A stretch of DNA of 37,256 nt from Octopus bimaculoides (GCF_001194135.2 NC_068988.1:40436554-40473809), one strand, 5' to 3'; positions 11,064 to 23,557 are shown, counted from the first letter of the stretch. Notes: a model not told the origin generated them from the letters alone. Numbers and translations are program-made.

Positions 11064-12049
11064 AATATTCATGTTCTCACTTGGTCACGCGTAGTAATCC
11101 TGCTAGATGCTGTAATGGTAAATGCTTCTGATATATGGAGAAGGTACCTAAAGATTTTAAAGTACAACATACTATGTAATGGTGGGCGAAAAGAACCTGG
11201 TAGAGGAGGGTAATAAACATCAAGCGTATATACAGCTTGTATAGATGACAAGACGCAGATAGTATACGATAATGAAAGTTTAAAATCTGGTGTAAGTTAT
11301 ACACTTCGTCCTGTATATAAATAGATGGAAATTACACTAACTTGACTGCCACTATACAACTCATGATTTAGCAACGAAAATTGCTAAATGTTTTGATAAA
11401 AATTAATCAATAGAAAAAATTGAAAAAATAGAAAAGATAAATAAAGACTGCCTATATTTCAAAGATAAAATTTATGTCTTACATAACTTGTAACACATAC
11501 AAAAGCAGTTTAGCTAACCCGCAGGTTAAATTAACTTTGGTTGTTTGCATAGTCGTAAGGAGAAAAATGAATAATTCACTAATTTGGCCCCTTCAAAATG
11601 GCAGAGCGAAAAAGCTAAGTCAGATATGACGAAAACGATTAATTGTCAGTAGGCAAACAGATGAAAACCAGGAGTCTAGTCTATAGATGTCAATTAACAG
11701 AGCAAGAACGAAATTAGGTATAGTTAAAAGGGAGCGAAGAGGACAATATATCAAGGCAGGAAAGGTTTCTTAGAAGCAAAGCAACAAAGCCTCAGTTTTG
11801 GTATCGAAGAAATAGTTAGAATATGAAGAACAAAAACAAAAAATAAAATATTCGTAATTAGACGTGAAGCTAAGATGAGAAATGTACGGTAACTTACAGA
11901 AAAAAGCAAGTTGATATAACCATGAATAAATCTGTTGCGTAAAAAAATATATAAATAAAAGCAAATGAAGAATCATTAGAATACAAAACATAGAACAATG
12001 AAACACTAACACTCCTATGGTGAATATTAAGTATAAATGTCTTCCTTCA

Positions 12050-13885
12050 ATATATATATATATATATATATATATTTAAGAAAAATATATAAAAGAGAGA
12101 TTCTGCCTGTCTGTTTGTCCTACAAAGTTAAGCAAAAACCAGATGCCCTCTCTCTATGATTTTCCTTCTATGTCCCATCTAGTCTCTCTCCACTCTATAT
12201 TCTCCATATGTGTGCCTGTCTGTCTCTCTGCCATGCTACTTCAAAGATATTCTGTCTCTTTATTTGTTCTGCAAAGTGAAACTAAGACTCTTGCATGCTA
12301 TGTCAAAGTAATTTGTCTCTTTGTCCCTCAAAATGAAACTAAAAATAGTTGCGATCTCTATGATTTTCTCTCTTTTCTATCTGCCAATTTCCCTCTCTTT
12401 CGTTCTTTCTTTCTTTCTTTCTTTCCTTCTTTCTTTCTTTCTCTCTTTCTCTTCCTTTCTTATTACACATGGAGTAATAATAAATGGAACACACGAAAAG
12501 TAGGTACAAAGTTCATGGTCATTCTGGCATTAATTTGGTATATACAGTTGGTACATTATATGCTGTACGTCCAAACCAAAATGAATGCCTTCATCTCAGA
12601 ATCCGTCTTCATGTTAAAAGAGGACCAACTTCATGGGAAAGTTTAAAACAAGATGATGGTGAAATTTGTAGAACATATCGAGAAGCGTGTTTTAAGTTAT
12701 GTTGCTTGCAAATTATCAGCAATGGGAAGCTCCATTAGAAGAAGCTTCAATATCAAACACGCCTAAGACTTTAAGATGTCTTTGTGCTATTATACTAAAA
12801 AATTGTGAAGTAAGTAGTCCTGTTCAACTGTGAAATATGTTCAGAAATAATCTTGTCTAAAATTTCAAGCAACAACTTCAGATCAATAATCCTGAGCAAA
12901 ATATTGGTTTCACTGATGCAATATACAATGCAGCTCTGATTCAAGTAAAAGATCGAATTATTTCGATGGGATGTGAACCTATAAAAAATTTAGGTCTCCC
13001 ACAAACTAATAGATGGGATCTTAATACTTTGTCTACTGAAATAATGAGAGAAATTTCCTATGATATGGGTGAACTGACTATGTGCATATATGATAATCTT
13101 CCTAAGCTTGTACATAATCAACGTCATGCATATTCCACTGTCATGAAAAGTATTAAAAATAACACAGGAGTTCTTTATTTCTTAGATGTTCCGGTATTTG
13201 TAAATAAACTCCTTCGTCAAGAAAATAAAATAGCTTTGGTTACAGCTACTATTGGAATTGCAGCAACATTATTACCCGAGTTACCTTTAGATTTATCTAA
13301 CAAAGAAAATCCAGTTTGTAATATATCCAAAAATTCTGTAATGGGTGAACTCATTCAAAGATGTCACTTAATTGTTTGGGACGAATGTACCATGGCCCAC
13401 AAAAAACTTTTGAAGCTGGGGACAGAACATTATGAGACATTAGAAATTGCAATTCTATGGTGAGAAATGTCACAGTATTATTGTCAGGTGACTGCCGACA
13501 AACGCTACCAGTTGTTCCAAGAGGAACGAAAGTGGATGAGCTCAATGCTTCAATAAAGTCTTCTGTATTATGGCATCATGTGAAGCCACTTCAACTTTCA
13601 ACAAATATGAGATCGAGGCTTTCAATACATGATTCAGCTGAACTGTTTTCATGTAATAAACAGAGAGAACTTGATGTATAAATATGGGCTTTTGTTCTAC
13701 TTCAAAAATATAATATCATTGCCATTACTGTATAGATAAATAAAATAACACATACAACTCACTTATTATTGTCATATCATAAACAAACACAAGTTTGTGT
13801 ATGATAATGATATTTATTCTACTTCAATTACTACGTGTTTTTCTCTTCTAAAAAATGCACACACGCGGGAGGAGTAAATAAATTA
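12050..13885 (+). mobile_element. Helitron relic (RepHel C-terminal part / PIF1-family helicase), multiply deleted
   Basis: VGTLYAVRPNQNECLHLRIRLHVKRGPTSWESLK...CRTYREAC; LYFLDVP (Walker A deleted); IALVTATIGIAATLLP; LIVWDECTMAHKK; LLSGDCRQTLPVVPRGT...LQLSTNMR. Confidence 0.9.
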
Positions 13886-13892
13886 TACATAC

Positions 13893-14976
13893 TGGGTTGT
13901 CAACTAAGTTACAGCGTTTTTTTAATCTAAATTTTTTAAAGGTTTAATATAAAATAACAACTGATTAATCAATAATGTGTCCACCCTTGTTGTTTACAAC
14001 TTCTTCCCAACGTTCAACAAGATTTTCAATACCTCGCTGGTAGAAATCACCCGATTTCGACTAAAAAAATTGATCCATCCAATCTTTCAATTCTGCATCA
14101 GTACTGAACGAAACTCCACGCATAGCATTTGAAAGAGATCGAAAGAAGTAGAAATCCGTTGGTGCCAAATCAGGAGAGTACGGCGGGTGTGGAAGTACTT
14201 CCAAGCCATGCGTTTGAATGGCTTCCTTGGTCATAGTGGCAATATGAAGGCGGTTGTTGTAGTGCAGCAGAACTCCATGCTGCCGATTAGGTCTTTTCTC
14301 TTGAATACCCGTGTTGAGTCGTTCTATCCGTTGAACATAGAGTTCCCCGTTGACCGTTTGGTTCCGTTCAAGCAATTCGTAATGGATAATCACTTCCCAG
14401 TCCCACCGTACGCACAACATCGTTTTACGCGGATGAAGATCTTGTATCACGCGCAGTATCGCTTGTTTACAGGGGCTAAGGCATACCCTACGCTGCTTCA
14501 TATTGGTGTACAGGCACCAATTTTCGTCGCCAGTAACGATTCGGTAAAGAAATCGTTGCTTGTGTCCATGAGTTGAGCGGTGACGAGGAAGCAAACCAGC
14601 GGAGATTGTGGTTCGTTGATTTTTGTTGTTGTCACTTAAAGCATGCTCCGTACTTCTGAACCTTTCCCATCGATTGAAGATGTTTCTCTATAGCAGTGTG
14701 GAAGCATTCCATTTTCTCTGCCAGTTCTCTTGTCGTTTGACAAGAATTTTCCTGCAAAAGTTGGTTTAATCGCTCTTCATCGAACTCAACTGGACGGCCA
14801 GAACGAATTGCGTCTTTGAGGTCAAAATTTCCATTTTTGAACGAGCGGTTCTTTCAGCTATGGCACCCTCTCCATACACAGCACAAATGCCGCGAGGAGC
14901 TTTTGCGGCCTTAGAACCTTCATTAAAAGCAAAAAGAAGGAGGTGTTGAAAACGATGGTTGTTCTTAACTTGATAT
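13893..14976 (-). mobile_element. Mariner transposon (cecropia/Hsmar1-like), nearly full transposase with frameshifts; 5' TIR lies in the gap
   Basis: YQVKNNHRFQHLLLFAFNEGSKAAKA..ICAVYGEGAIAERTAR (HTH), RIVTGDENW, TMLCVRWD, LLHYNNR.H, HPPYSPDLAPTDFYFFRSL. TIR-like tactgggttgtcaactaagtt follows TA at ~13897. Confidence 0.92.
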
Positions 14977-15919
14977 NNNNNNNNNNNNNNNNNNNNNNNN
15001 NNNNNNNNNNNNNNNNNNNNNNNNNNNNNNNNNNNNNNNNNNNNNNNNNNNNNNNNNNNNNNNNNNNNNNNNNNNNNNNNNNNNNNNNNNNNNNNNNNNN
15101 NNNNNNNNNNNNNNNNNNNNNNNNNNNNNNNNNNNNNNNNNNNNNNNNNNNNNNNNNNNNNNNNNNNNNNNNNNNNNNNNNNNNNNNNNNNNNNNNNNNN
15201 NNNNNNNNNNNNNNNNNNNNNNNNNNNNNNNNNNNNNNNNNNNNNNNNNNNNNNNNNNNNNNNNNNNNNNNNNNNNNNNNNNNNNNNNNNNNNNNNNNNN
15301 NNNNNNNNNNNNNNNNNNNNNNNNNNNNNNNNNNNNNNNNNNNNNNNNNNNNNNNNNNNNNNNNNNNNNNNNNNNNNNNNNNNNNNNNNNNNNNNNNNNN
15401 NNNNNNNNNNNNNNNNNNNNNNNNNNNNNNNNNNNNNNNNNNNNNNNNNNNNNNNNNNNNNNNNNNNNNNNNNNNNNNNNNNNNNNNNNNNNNNNNNNNN
15501 NNNNNNNNNNNNNNNNNNNNNNNNNNNNNNNNNNNNNNNNNNNNNNNNNNNNNNNNNNNNNNNNNNNNNNNNNNNNNNNNNNNNNNNNNNNNNNNNNNNN
15601 NNNNNNNNNNNNNNNNNNNNNNNNNNNNNNNNNATATATACATATATATATGTATGTATGTATATATATATATATACATAGATAGAGAGATAGATGAAGA
15701 ATAAATATAAAAATAAAACCAGTCCTTGTTTTCTTTTTCTTTCTCCTTCTTGCTGCATGTATATATGCACATGGTGATGATGATGCTGGCTGGCACGATT
15801 TTGTGGTTTACTGGTATGGCAGGGAAGGAAGCCGCTGCGAGAGATATCCAGAGGACCTCTGACAGGTTCTCCCGTATTGAAGGTATAATGTGGATGTGTA
15901 ATGATGGAGCTGTCTGGAA

Positions 15920-16025
15920 TGGTAATGATGTGACAATGTAGCATATCTTGTTTGGGGAATTCAATAATGTGAATGTGAGATAGACGAACTCCAAGAACAC
16001 GTCTGTCTTTAATATCAATCATCAA
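15920..16025 (-). mobile_element. Small Helitron Rep (HUH motif) fragment
   Basis: IKDRRVLGVRLSHIHIIEFPKQDMLHCHII resembles the Helitron Rep motif (H/Y)VIEFQKRGLPHxHIL. Confidence 0.6.
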
Positions 16026-16390
16026 TTCGTTGATATGGCTTTATACACACGTGACACTAAGTCAGGCCTATTTTGAGCTGTTTCGGTGGGGCCCAAGTTG
16101 TTTGCGAGGCGGAGTGCTGCGAAAGATCGATAACAGCCTAGGAAATACAAGAAGCGATGAAAAGCTACACGAGAAGCAGACTGCCGGGTTTGGATTGCGG
16201 GCCTCTTGGCACACGTCTGCTGCAATTGGCAACAAAATGGGAGAATTCCCACTTTTGTCAGTCGAGGTTCGATGACACTGCTGCGAAAGGGCCTAAACAA
16301 GGAGGACCTAATAGAGAATATCAGGCCCATTACTCTGCTCAACGCAGAGTTGAAGATTTTTGCCAAGGTGTTAGCCAAGAGGTTGGTGCT
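16026..16390 (+). mobile_element. L1/Tx1-clade LINE RT fragment
   Basis: EIQEAMKSYTRSRLPGLD, CNWQQNGRIP..VSRGSMTLLRK, ENIRPITLLNAELKIFAKVLAKRL (start of RT domain). Confidence 0.88.
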
Positions 16391-16899
16391 TGTTGTTGTC
16401 GGTGGGTGTTTTACGTGTTCTTTGTGAGTTCATAAGTTGGAATTTTTTGTTGTCGGCTATTGAAGTTTGTTGTGAGATTGCTTCCCATTTTTTTAACTGT
16501 TGTATTTATAACACATTGTTTTGTACACCAGACAGGATTGGGTGTTAAAATTCTCCCTTTTAATGGCAAATCTTGGATATTTTAGTCCTAAAAATGGAAA
16601 CCTATTTTGTTCTTCTTGAGTAAGAACAATATGGATTCCGTTGTCGAGGAGAGTAGCAATTTTAGCAACCGGTACTCTATTAACTCCCCCCTATGTATTC
16701 AACAAGCACCAGCAGCACCACCACCGCCACCACCACCACCACCACCACCACGAAAAGCAGCAAATACAAAACAAACTTGAACGGTTTCATTTCCGCAGTG
16801 AAGCATGCAAAGGAAAACTAAATGTCATTTTGGAGATTATGAAAAATTCAAAGGGGCTATTGGTGAGACAAGGGAACAATGGTTCACTAAATATCCCAG

Positions 16900-18250
16900 C
16901 AGAAATAGTTCAAGACACAAGCAGAAAAACGATAATTTATAAATGTATGAACAAAACGATAAAAAGGACTAGAACGAGCAACACAGCAACAACTGGAATT
17001 AAGTTTAAAACTATCTGGAAAGAGAAGACGTATGTGAAGTTTGGAAAACAGATCAGGACTGTGGAAGTGCGTTTTGCAACAGAGTAAGAAGCAAAAAAAA
17101 AAGTAATCCATAGTGCCACTAAATTTAGAGAATTTTCTGCTCGCGCTGACATCCTTTGGTCGGCGTGTTGCGAAAATCCAAATTGAGGAGGTGCCCCACA
17201 AATAAATATATACTGGCTGGTGGTGGCAGTCTTCTTAGACATAGAGGACATCGCCACAATACTTGAGCTGCACAAGTCGCACCAACAAATTTGGTCGGGT
17301 TAAAAGATGGAGCTCCTTAATCAAATTGAACAAGTGAGCATAAATTATATCCCCGACTCGATAACTCTGCCAGACGGCACAAAGTTGCACGTGGTCGTAG
17401 AGGGCAGGAAACCGAAATGCTACTTCTGTGGAAGTGCGAATCACCTCAAGGTCTATTACCCAAAATGCAACAACGAGGAACAGCCAGCATTATTACCAAC
17501 ACCAGCAGTGGTGGCAGCTCCAGCACAGCAACAGCAAACACAGCGGCAACAAAATCTAGTGGTCACCGCATCACCAACGCCATTGACATCACCATCACCG
17601 ACAACAACGTCGATTCTGTCTCCAGCCGTCGCTGAAAAACCAATAACAACACCAACAACAAGAGACCACCACCACCACCACCACCACAACCAATAGCAGC
17701 AACAGACGAAGCCTCGTAAAACAAAATCCCCGTAGATATTCCCCTTCTAGACCCAAACAAGTCAGACCTTTCGAGTACTGAGGTTAAGAAGGAATGGCAC
17801 AAGTTCCCCACAACAAAAAGACGAAGAAAAACTGCAGAACCGTCAGAAAGGAAGACGAGGCGCAAGCAGCCCGAGCCACCCAACGGCTGTAATACACACA
17901 CTCAACAAGAAACAACAGCACCACCACCAACACCACCAACACCACCACCTTCACCAGTACTCTCACCTCAAACACTGACAATAGCACAGACACCAACCGA
18001 ACTCCACAAACACTACCAACCTCTCAGCCATAGACATCAAAAATACAGAAATATTCACCCATCTTAAAAATCACAGACACTACCGTCGAAATCTTTGTTT
18101 TCCCTACACACAACGCACCACCACCATACATACAAATACTACAAATAAACGCAGATGTCTTCAACACACTAACAACACGATTCCCAGATGCTCCAAAAAT
18201 CAAAATCAGCACAAAGAGAAGGTAAAAGAACAACATACAGGATCAAGTAA
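16900..18250 (+). mobile_element. Decayed LINE ORF1 (gag-like) with CCHC knuckle relic and low-complexity (CAC)n/(CAA)n tail
   Basis: LHVVVEGRKPKCYFCGSANHLKVYYP at ~17390-17462 (Cx2Cx4Hx4C with the last C replaced by Y), preceded by an RRM-like decayed region. Confidence 0.6.
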
Positions 18251-18653
18251 ATCTACGCTCAGGTAAAATGTAGGAAGATTTTTAACATTTCAAACCTTGG
18301 CACAAGCATAGATGAAGAAATGAAAATATAGAGGGAAAAGACAAATATATCTGAATTATTTGATGAAGTCATGCTGAAATGACTGGAAGAGGAAGAAGTT
18401 GGCTTGTGGCGTGGGTGGCAAGGGGTTAACATATGTCTGGCATATGTGTGCGTTTGTGCCATCTCGTGCATGCAGGTGTGTGTACATGAAGCTAATGTGT
18501 GCATATGTACGTGTACATGAGAACACGCGCGTGCTTATGTGTGCGTGCGAGCAAGTAGTGTGTGCACGTAAACGCTGTGTTTGTGCGTGCGTGTATGCGT
18601 GTAAGGTCGTTTATATGTCTGAAGCTATCTGATATATATCTGTAAGGGTATCA

Positions 18654-18654
<1 letters not shown>

Positions 18655-18736
<82 letters not shown>

Positions 18737-18770
18737 GGGTGTTTGTGCGTTTGTGCGTGTGTGTGTGTAT
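18655..18770. repeat. (GT)n microsatellite
   Basis: Directly visible. Confidence 0.97.
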
Positions 18771-19277
18771 GCATAGACGTCTGTTAATCTTATGCTGTTA
18801 AACTGTGTGTATATGAAGCTAATGTGTGCGTGTATACACACTGTGTTTGTACGTGTCTATGGGTGCTTGTATATGTATATGTATGTGAGGCTATCTGACA
18901 TATGTGAGCGTTGTTAAAGGAGAGTGTTACGTGTGACATCCTGTTATTGCAAGGAACAGAAGTTACTCAAGCGGTAGGTGTTGGAAAGTGTGGATTTATG
19001 TTTGTATACTTGTTTGCTGTAAGTATGTGAATGGCTGTGAGAGTGTGAATGCTAGAGCATGAGCAGTTGGAAGAAGAAATGTGTATGTGCGTGTGTGGGT
19101 GTTAGTTAGCGTGTAGGGTAAGAGGAAGGAATCTGTGTGTGTGTGCAGAGTGTGTGTGTTTGTTTGTGTGTGTTTGTGCGTTTGTGTGTGTTTGTGCGTC
19201 TGTGTGTATGTACACGTGTCTACGCACAATTTACATATTGGCTAGGCGAAAATGGCGTGCGTTGTGTTGGTAATGTT

Positions 19278-19700
19278 TTAATCAGAATAGATGTGTGAGA
19301 GAAGTGGTTGTGGGCATGAAGGGAAGGTAAGAATTGTGTGGTTTGAAAATGTGTGTGGAGGTGAGTTAAGTAAAGAGGGGCAGAATATTAATACCAGCTC
19401 TAGATGGAGGTGGGAATCCGTGTGGTCTCTGTGGCGAACTGTAATAGAGTGACGCGATGGTGTCATTCCCGAGTGTGGTGTCTCGAAGATGTCCTGCAAA
19501 ACAGTTTGCCGGCCAGTTTGTCCAATGTACGGGGAATGGCAGACAGAGTAGAGGCTGCAGTAAATCAGGTTATAAGGGGTGCAAGTGAATGAGTTGGTGA
19601 TGTGGTGGGGGTAGGGTGGTATCACTGAGGACAATGGTCTTGGGAAGAAAAGGTCAGGTACGGAAGGGTAGACAAGAGCAAGGGAAAACCCAGGTTGAAT
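19278..19700 (-). mobile_element. Penelope-like GIY-YIG endonuclease fragment (third lineage)
   Basis: HITNSFTCTPYNLIYCSLYSVCHSPYIGQTGR matches the PLE pattern FTC.S.N.IY.I.C..C...YIG.TGR. Confidence 0.8.
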
Positions 19701-19899
19701 GCTGGTGTGCATATATGTTTGTATGTATGTATGCACAGACACACACACAAACACGCACTCACACACGCACACACATACACACATATATACACACATATGT
19801 ATATGCATAGTGTGACAAAATGTAAGGAATAGAGAAATGCAGGTGGAATGTCAATTGATGAAATTGTGATTCAATATAAGTTAAATATAAAGGGAATTC

Positions 19900-20820
19900 A
19901 TGCAAAGTGTCTATCAGGGGAAGTTCAGAATGAATAACTTTGAAAATTTATCGAAGATTATAATAGGAATAAGACAAGAAAAGAAAACAAAAATAAAGAC
20001 GAAGTTGTTATATAACTTCATTGAGGGTATTCGAACATTTCGAAAGAATAGAAGAGCTATTTTATCAGCAGCAACAACACCAGCAGAGGCAGGTCGCCAC
20101 ATCATCAAGATAGAAACTAAAACCTGCAGAAACAGAAGCAATAATTACTGCAGCATTGCCATGAGCATCAGCAGCAGCACCAGCATCATAACCACGATCA
20201 CCAGCACCAAGAACAACAGCTACTTAAACAAATCACCAACAACCTCCCAAACATATACCCCTCCCCCTCTTCGGGGTACTCGGGCATGTCATATAATGAA
20301 ATGATGCAGCTTGTGACGAGCCTAAATGGCAAACGTTTAACAAGGCCAAGAAAAGAAAGAGTAACAAAGATACATCAATCAAAAAGACTGGTTGATAGGA
20401 ACACATGAGAGAGATGCCTCTGAAACACTAACATTGTCAACGTCATCTCCATCACTACCACAACTACTTCCACTATAACGGATACCACCATTATAAGCAC
20501 AGCCTAATTCACACACACAACATTTTCGATCACAAATCCTAGCATGAACAAAATCTACACTGGCATAAATCCAATCATAAAAAAAACACTAATGGACTAC
20601 ATTGACAAACATAGACACATCACTTAGAGCCATTTCATCAGATCACCAATCAACATATCTACACATAAAAATTATACAAATACATCAAAGCACATATATC
20701 ACATTAAAAAAAAAGCAAGCAAATACTCTGATGGAGAATCTAGCAAAAAACTTTATCAAAAGACTTTACAAGTGGAAAAGCCCACATCTAACGAGATGGA
20801 TGAAACACCTGTACCCCGTT
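19900..20820 (+). mobile_element. Possible second decayed LINE ORF1 C-terminal region upstream of the Tx1-type ORF2
   Basis: A/C-rich strand bias, Thr/Ser-rich frames, and PKWQTFNKAKKRK resembling KEWHKFPTTKRRRK at ~17790. Lies immediately 5' of ORF2. Confidence 0.35.
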
Positions 20821-20844
20821 GCTTACAAGACTACAATAAGTAGC

Positions 20845-20856
20845 TCTCTCTCTGTC

Positions 20857-20915
<59 letters not shown>
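20845..20915. repeat. (CT)n microsatellite
   Basis: Directly visible. Confidence 0.97.
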
Positions 20916-20919
<4 letters not shown>

Positions 20920-20946
20920 TCTCCTCCGTCTATTTCATTGCCCAAC

Positions 20947-23245
20947 ATGACCTTGCTCAGAGTAGGCAATTTAAATATACAGGGCCTGAGGTCGTCTTGG
21001 AAACAGGGCCACCTACTCAATGACCTCAGGTCACTAAAACTATATCGTGGCTCTCAGAGAGACGGAAGTCAATGACCATCGAGCTTTGATGCTCATTTTC
21101 GATGGCTCCGAGATTTACCTATCTTCATGTAATCAGGGAATGGGTCGGGTGGGGAGTACCTTGTTCCAGAGAGATCTGGATCTCAAGGTAAACGCCATCT
21201 TCCTGGACTCCAAAGGTAGATTGATAGTCCTAGATGAGAATAGTAGCGACAGGGCGGGGTTCAGTCTGGTGGCTTCCGCAAGGGGTAGGACAGCCGGTTT
21301 TCTTCAGAAGTCTGGAGATTTTCCTGGGAACGTTTCGAAATTTAGTGCTAATAGGTGACATGGAACTCCATCTTGGACGCACGCATAGATTGTTTGGGGC
21401 ATCTCGTTAGAAGAGTGAGATGCAAATGTCTCGCAAACCCGCTCAGACGTTTTCGACTTTCTGACAGGTGCCAACTAGATTTCTCGAATGCATCGGTGTG
21501 GACATGAACGACTTGAATCGGGTCGTATCTAGAATATTCTGTTGGCCAGTAGATAACGATAGTACATAAGTTGTCCACTATTTTTTTAAATCGTAGGCTA
21601 CACAATCAGAAAATTTGTGATCTGCATGCTTGACCTAGATAGATTTTGTAGAAAAGGAACCGGTTACTGGAAGCACTCCCAGGTGCTAGGCTTACAGAGA
21701 CCGGATTACTTAAGTGAGTGTTGAAGGGGCAAAACATCAGCAACATTTAGTGATTGTTTGCCCTGAAAAGGTAACTTCAGTTCAATGAATTAGATGTAGC
21801 AGGACATTAGCGATGAAAATAAGTAAAATAGACGAAAACAGAAAAGTTGGCGCTTAGGAAGGATATCGCAACCGATATGCTGGTGGGGAGATTGGCTTTA
21901 GACCAATTCTTCAAAGCAAAGCTCGAAAGACGCATTACCAGAGATAAGGTTTTTAAAATGGGGGAACGTAAACGACACGATGGGCTCGAGTGACAGAGAC
22001 ACAAGATGGCAACGTAGCCACAATTCTCTCTTTCATGGACCACAATGGGCGCAAAGGTACTGTACCCGAACAAATATGTGCAGTTTTTAAGCCGCAGTTA
22101 GCTCAACTGTTTGGTATAAATGGCAGCACAGAACGCAGAATGGACTATAGTGCCTACTTCGACGGAATGCCACGCCTCTCGGCAAGAGTTGGGAGGAGCG
22201 ATGCAAAATGTTGATATCAGCTGCGGAATTACCGGAGGCGACAATAGGTTGCACCGCTAAAAAATCTCCTAATGTGGATCGCTTGACCTATGAGCATTAC
22301 TTTTATATACCAGACATGTTTGGCAGCGAGCGAACGAGCTGACAGAAACGTTAGCGCGCCGGGCGAAATGCTTATCGGTATTTCGTCTGCCGTTACGTTC
22401 TGAGTTCAAATTCCACCGAGGTCGACTGCCTTTCAACCTTTCTGAGTCGATAAATTAAGTACCAGTTAATCACTGGGTCCACGTAATCGACTTAATCCCT
22501 TTGTCTGTGCTTTTTTTGTCTCCTCTATGTTTAGCCCCTTGTGGGGCTCCGGCATGTTTGGCAGCGTCTTAGCAGACACCTACCTACTTGGCAACAAAAC
22601 CGGAAAATTCCTACTTTCACGAATCGAAGAGATGTGGTACTGCAATGAGGTCCTCAAACGAAGGGGATCAGATACAAATTTTTAGCGCCATAACGTTGCT
22701 GAATGCATATATATATATATATATATATATACGTACACACACTCACCCAATGCACGCGTGCATTTTGGCTAAAGTGTAAGCGAAGAAGGACGGATTGCAC
22801 CATCCCAAGCAGATCCATAAACGGCAAGTTCCACCCCATGAGGCACATCATAGACAGGGTGAGTAAAGAAGCTGGCATGGGTGGGGCCGCGATCAGTTTG
22901 AATCAATCTAAAACCTTCGATATAGTCGACAACCAATACTTGCCTGCCGTTTTCGAGGCAGCCAGTTTCGTCCCCATTTACCATGGCTAGATCCCCGCAA
23001 TGTAGAACGACAACTGATCCGTAGTTCGGGTGAATATTTATCTATCGGATCCATTCAGCATCATACGCTCTGTCCGTCAAAGGTGTCCTCTCTAGTCTTC
23101 CCAGAATGTACTAGCTCTAGAGCCACTACTGCAGCAATTGGATGCGTTGAGAGGCGTTCAGCGCGAACTAGAACGTGAGCGATCCGTGTAGGCATACGCA
23201 GAGGATATCCCCGCCATAGTGTCGAATACCAAGCAAATATCCGTA
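20947..23245 (+). mobile_element. L1/Tx1-clade LINE ORF2 relic (APE endonuclease + RT up to the YADD motif), many stops and frameshifts
   Basis: MTLLRVGNLNIQGL...ALRET (APE motifs), IFLDSKGRLIVLD, KKSPNVDRL.YEHY, ITLLNA...ILAKV, ISLNQSKTFDIVD..YL, SVRQRCPL, AYAEDI (YAED at 23195-23206). Confidence 0.88.
22329..22552 (+). mobile_element. tRNA-derived SINE inserted in the Tx1-type LINE, with 14-bp target-site duplication
   Basis: A-box-like gagctgacagaaacg and B-box-like gagttcaaattcc. Flanked by catgtttggcagcg at 22315-22328 and 22553-22566. Resembles octopus SINE sequences as recalled. Confidence 0.88.
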
Positions 23246-23292
23246 TTCACATGATGCAGTCATATGTAACCCAAGTTTATATTGTTTTTCAG

Positions 23293-23557
23293 TGATATTT
23301 CCTGCAATTCACAGCTTTCATCCACAAATGGCTTTAAACGTCCTGCTCACCGAGGAAACATTGGATATGCAAGCGATGAGAAATTATATTGCGTGGCGGC
23401 ATTCATGGCTAGAGCATACACAACGAACGGATGTTGTGGCGCGACACCTTTAAATATATCTCTTAGCGATTGCTGCAACTGCGAAGGACGCATGTTTGCT
23501 GCAAGTCGTTACCAATTCACAGAAGGAATACACATGTTGATTTGGAGTAGTTCCTGA
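23293..23557 (+). CDS. Candidate exon, diverged galaxin-like (dicysteine motif) protein
   Basis: ttgtttttcag acceptor. Open frame DISCNSQ...RGNIGYASDEKLYC...TNGCCGATPLNISLSDCCNCEG...WSSS-stop. CCGxxPxNxSxxxCCN matches the first module of the 8507 exon (CCGNVPINLSIQLCCN). Confidence 0.45.

Noticed and set aside
17456-17996. Poly-W/V/G and poly-H/T/Q ORFs (also CV/HT/YI/ER repeat ORFs elsewhere)
   Set aside because: Translations of (CAC)n, (CA)n, (TA)n and (GA)n microsatellites, not genes.
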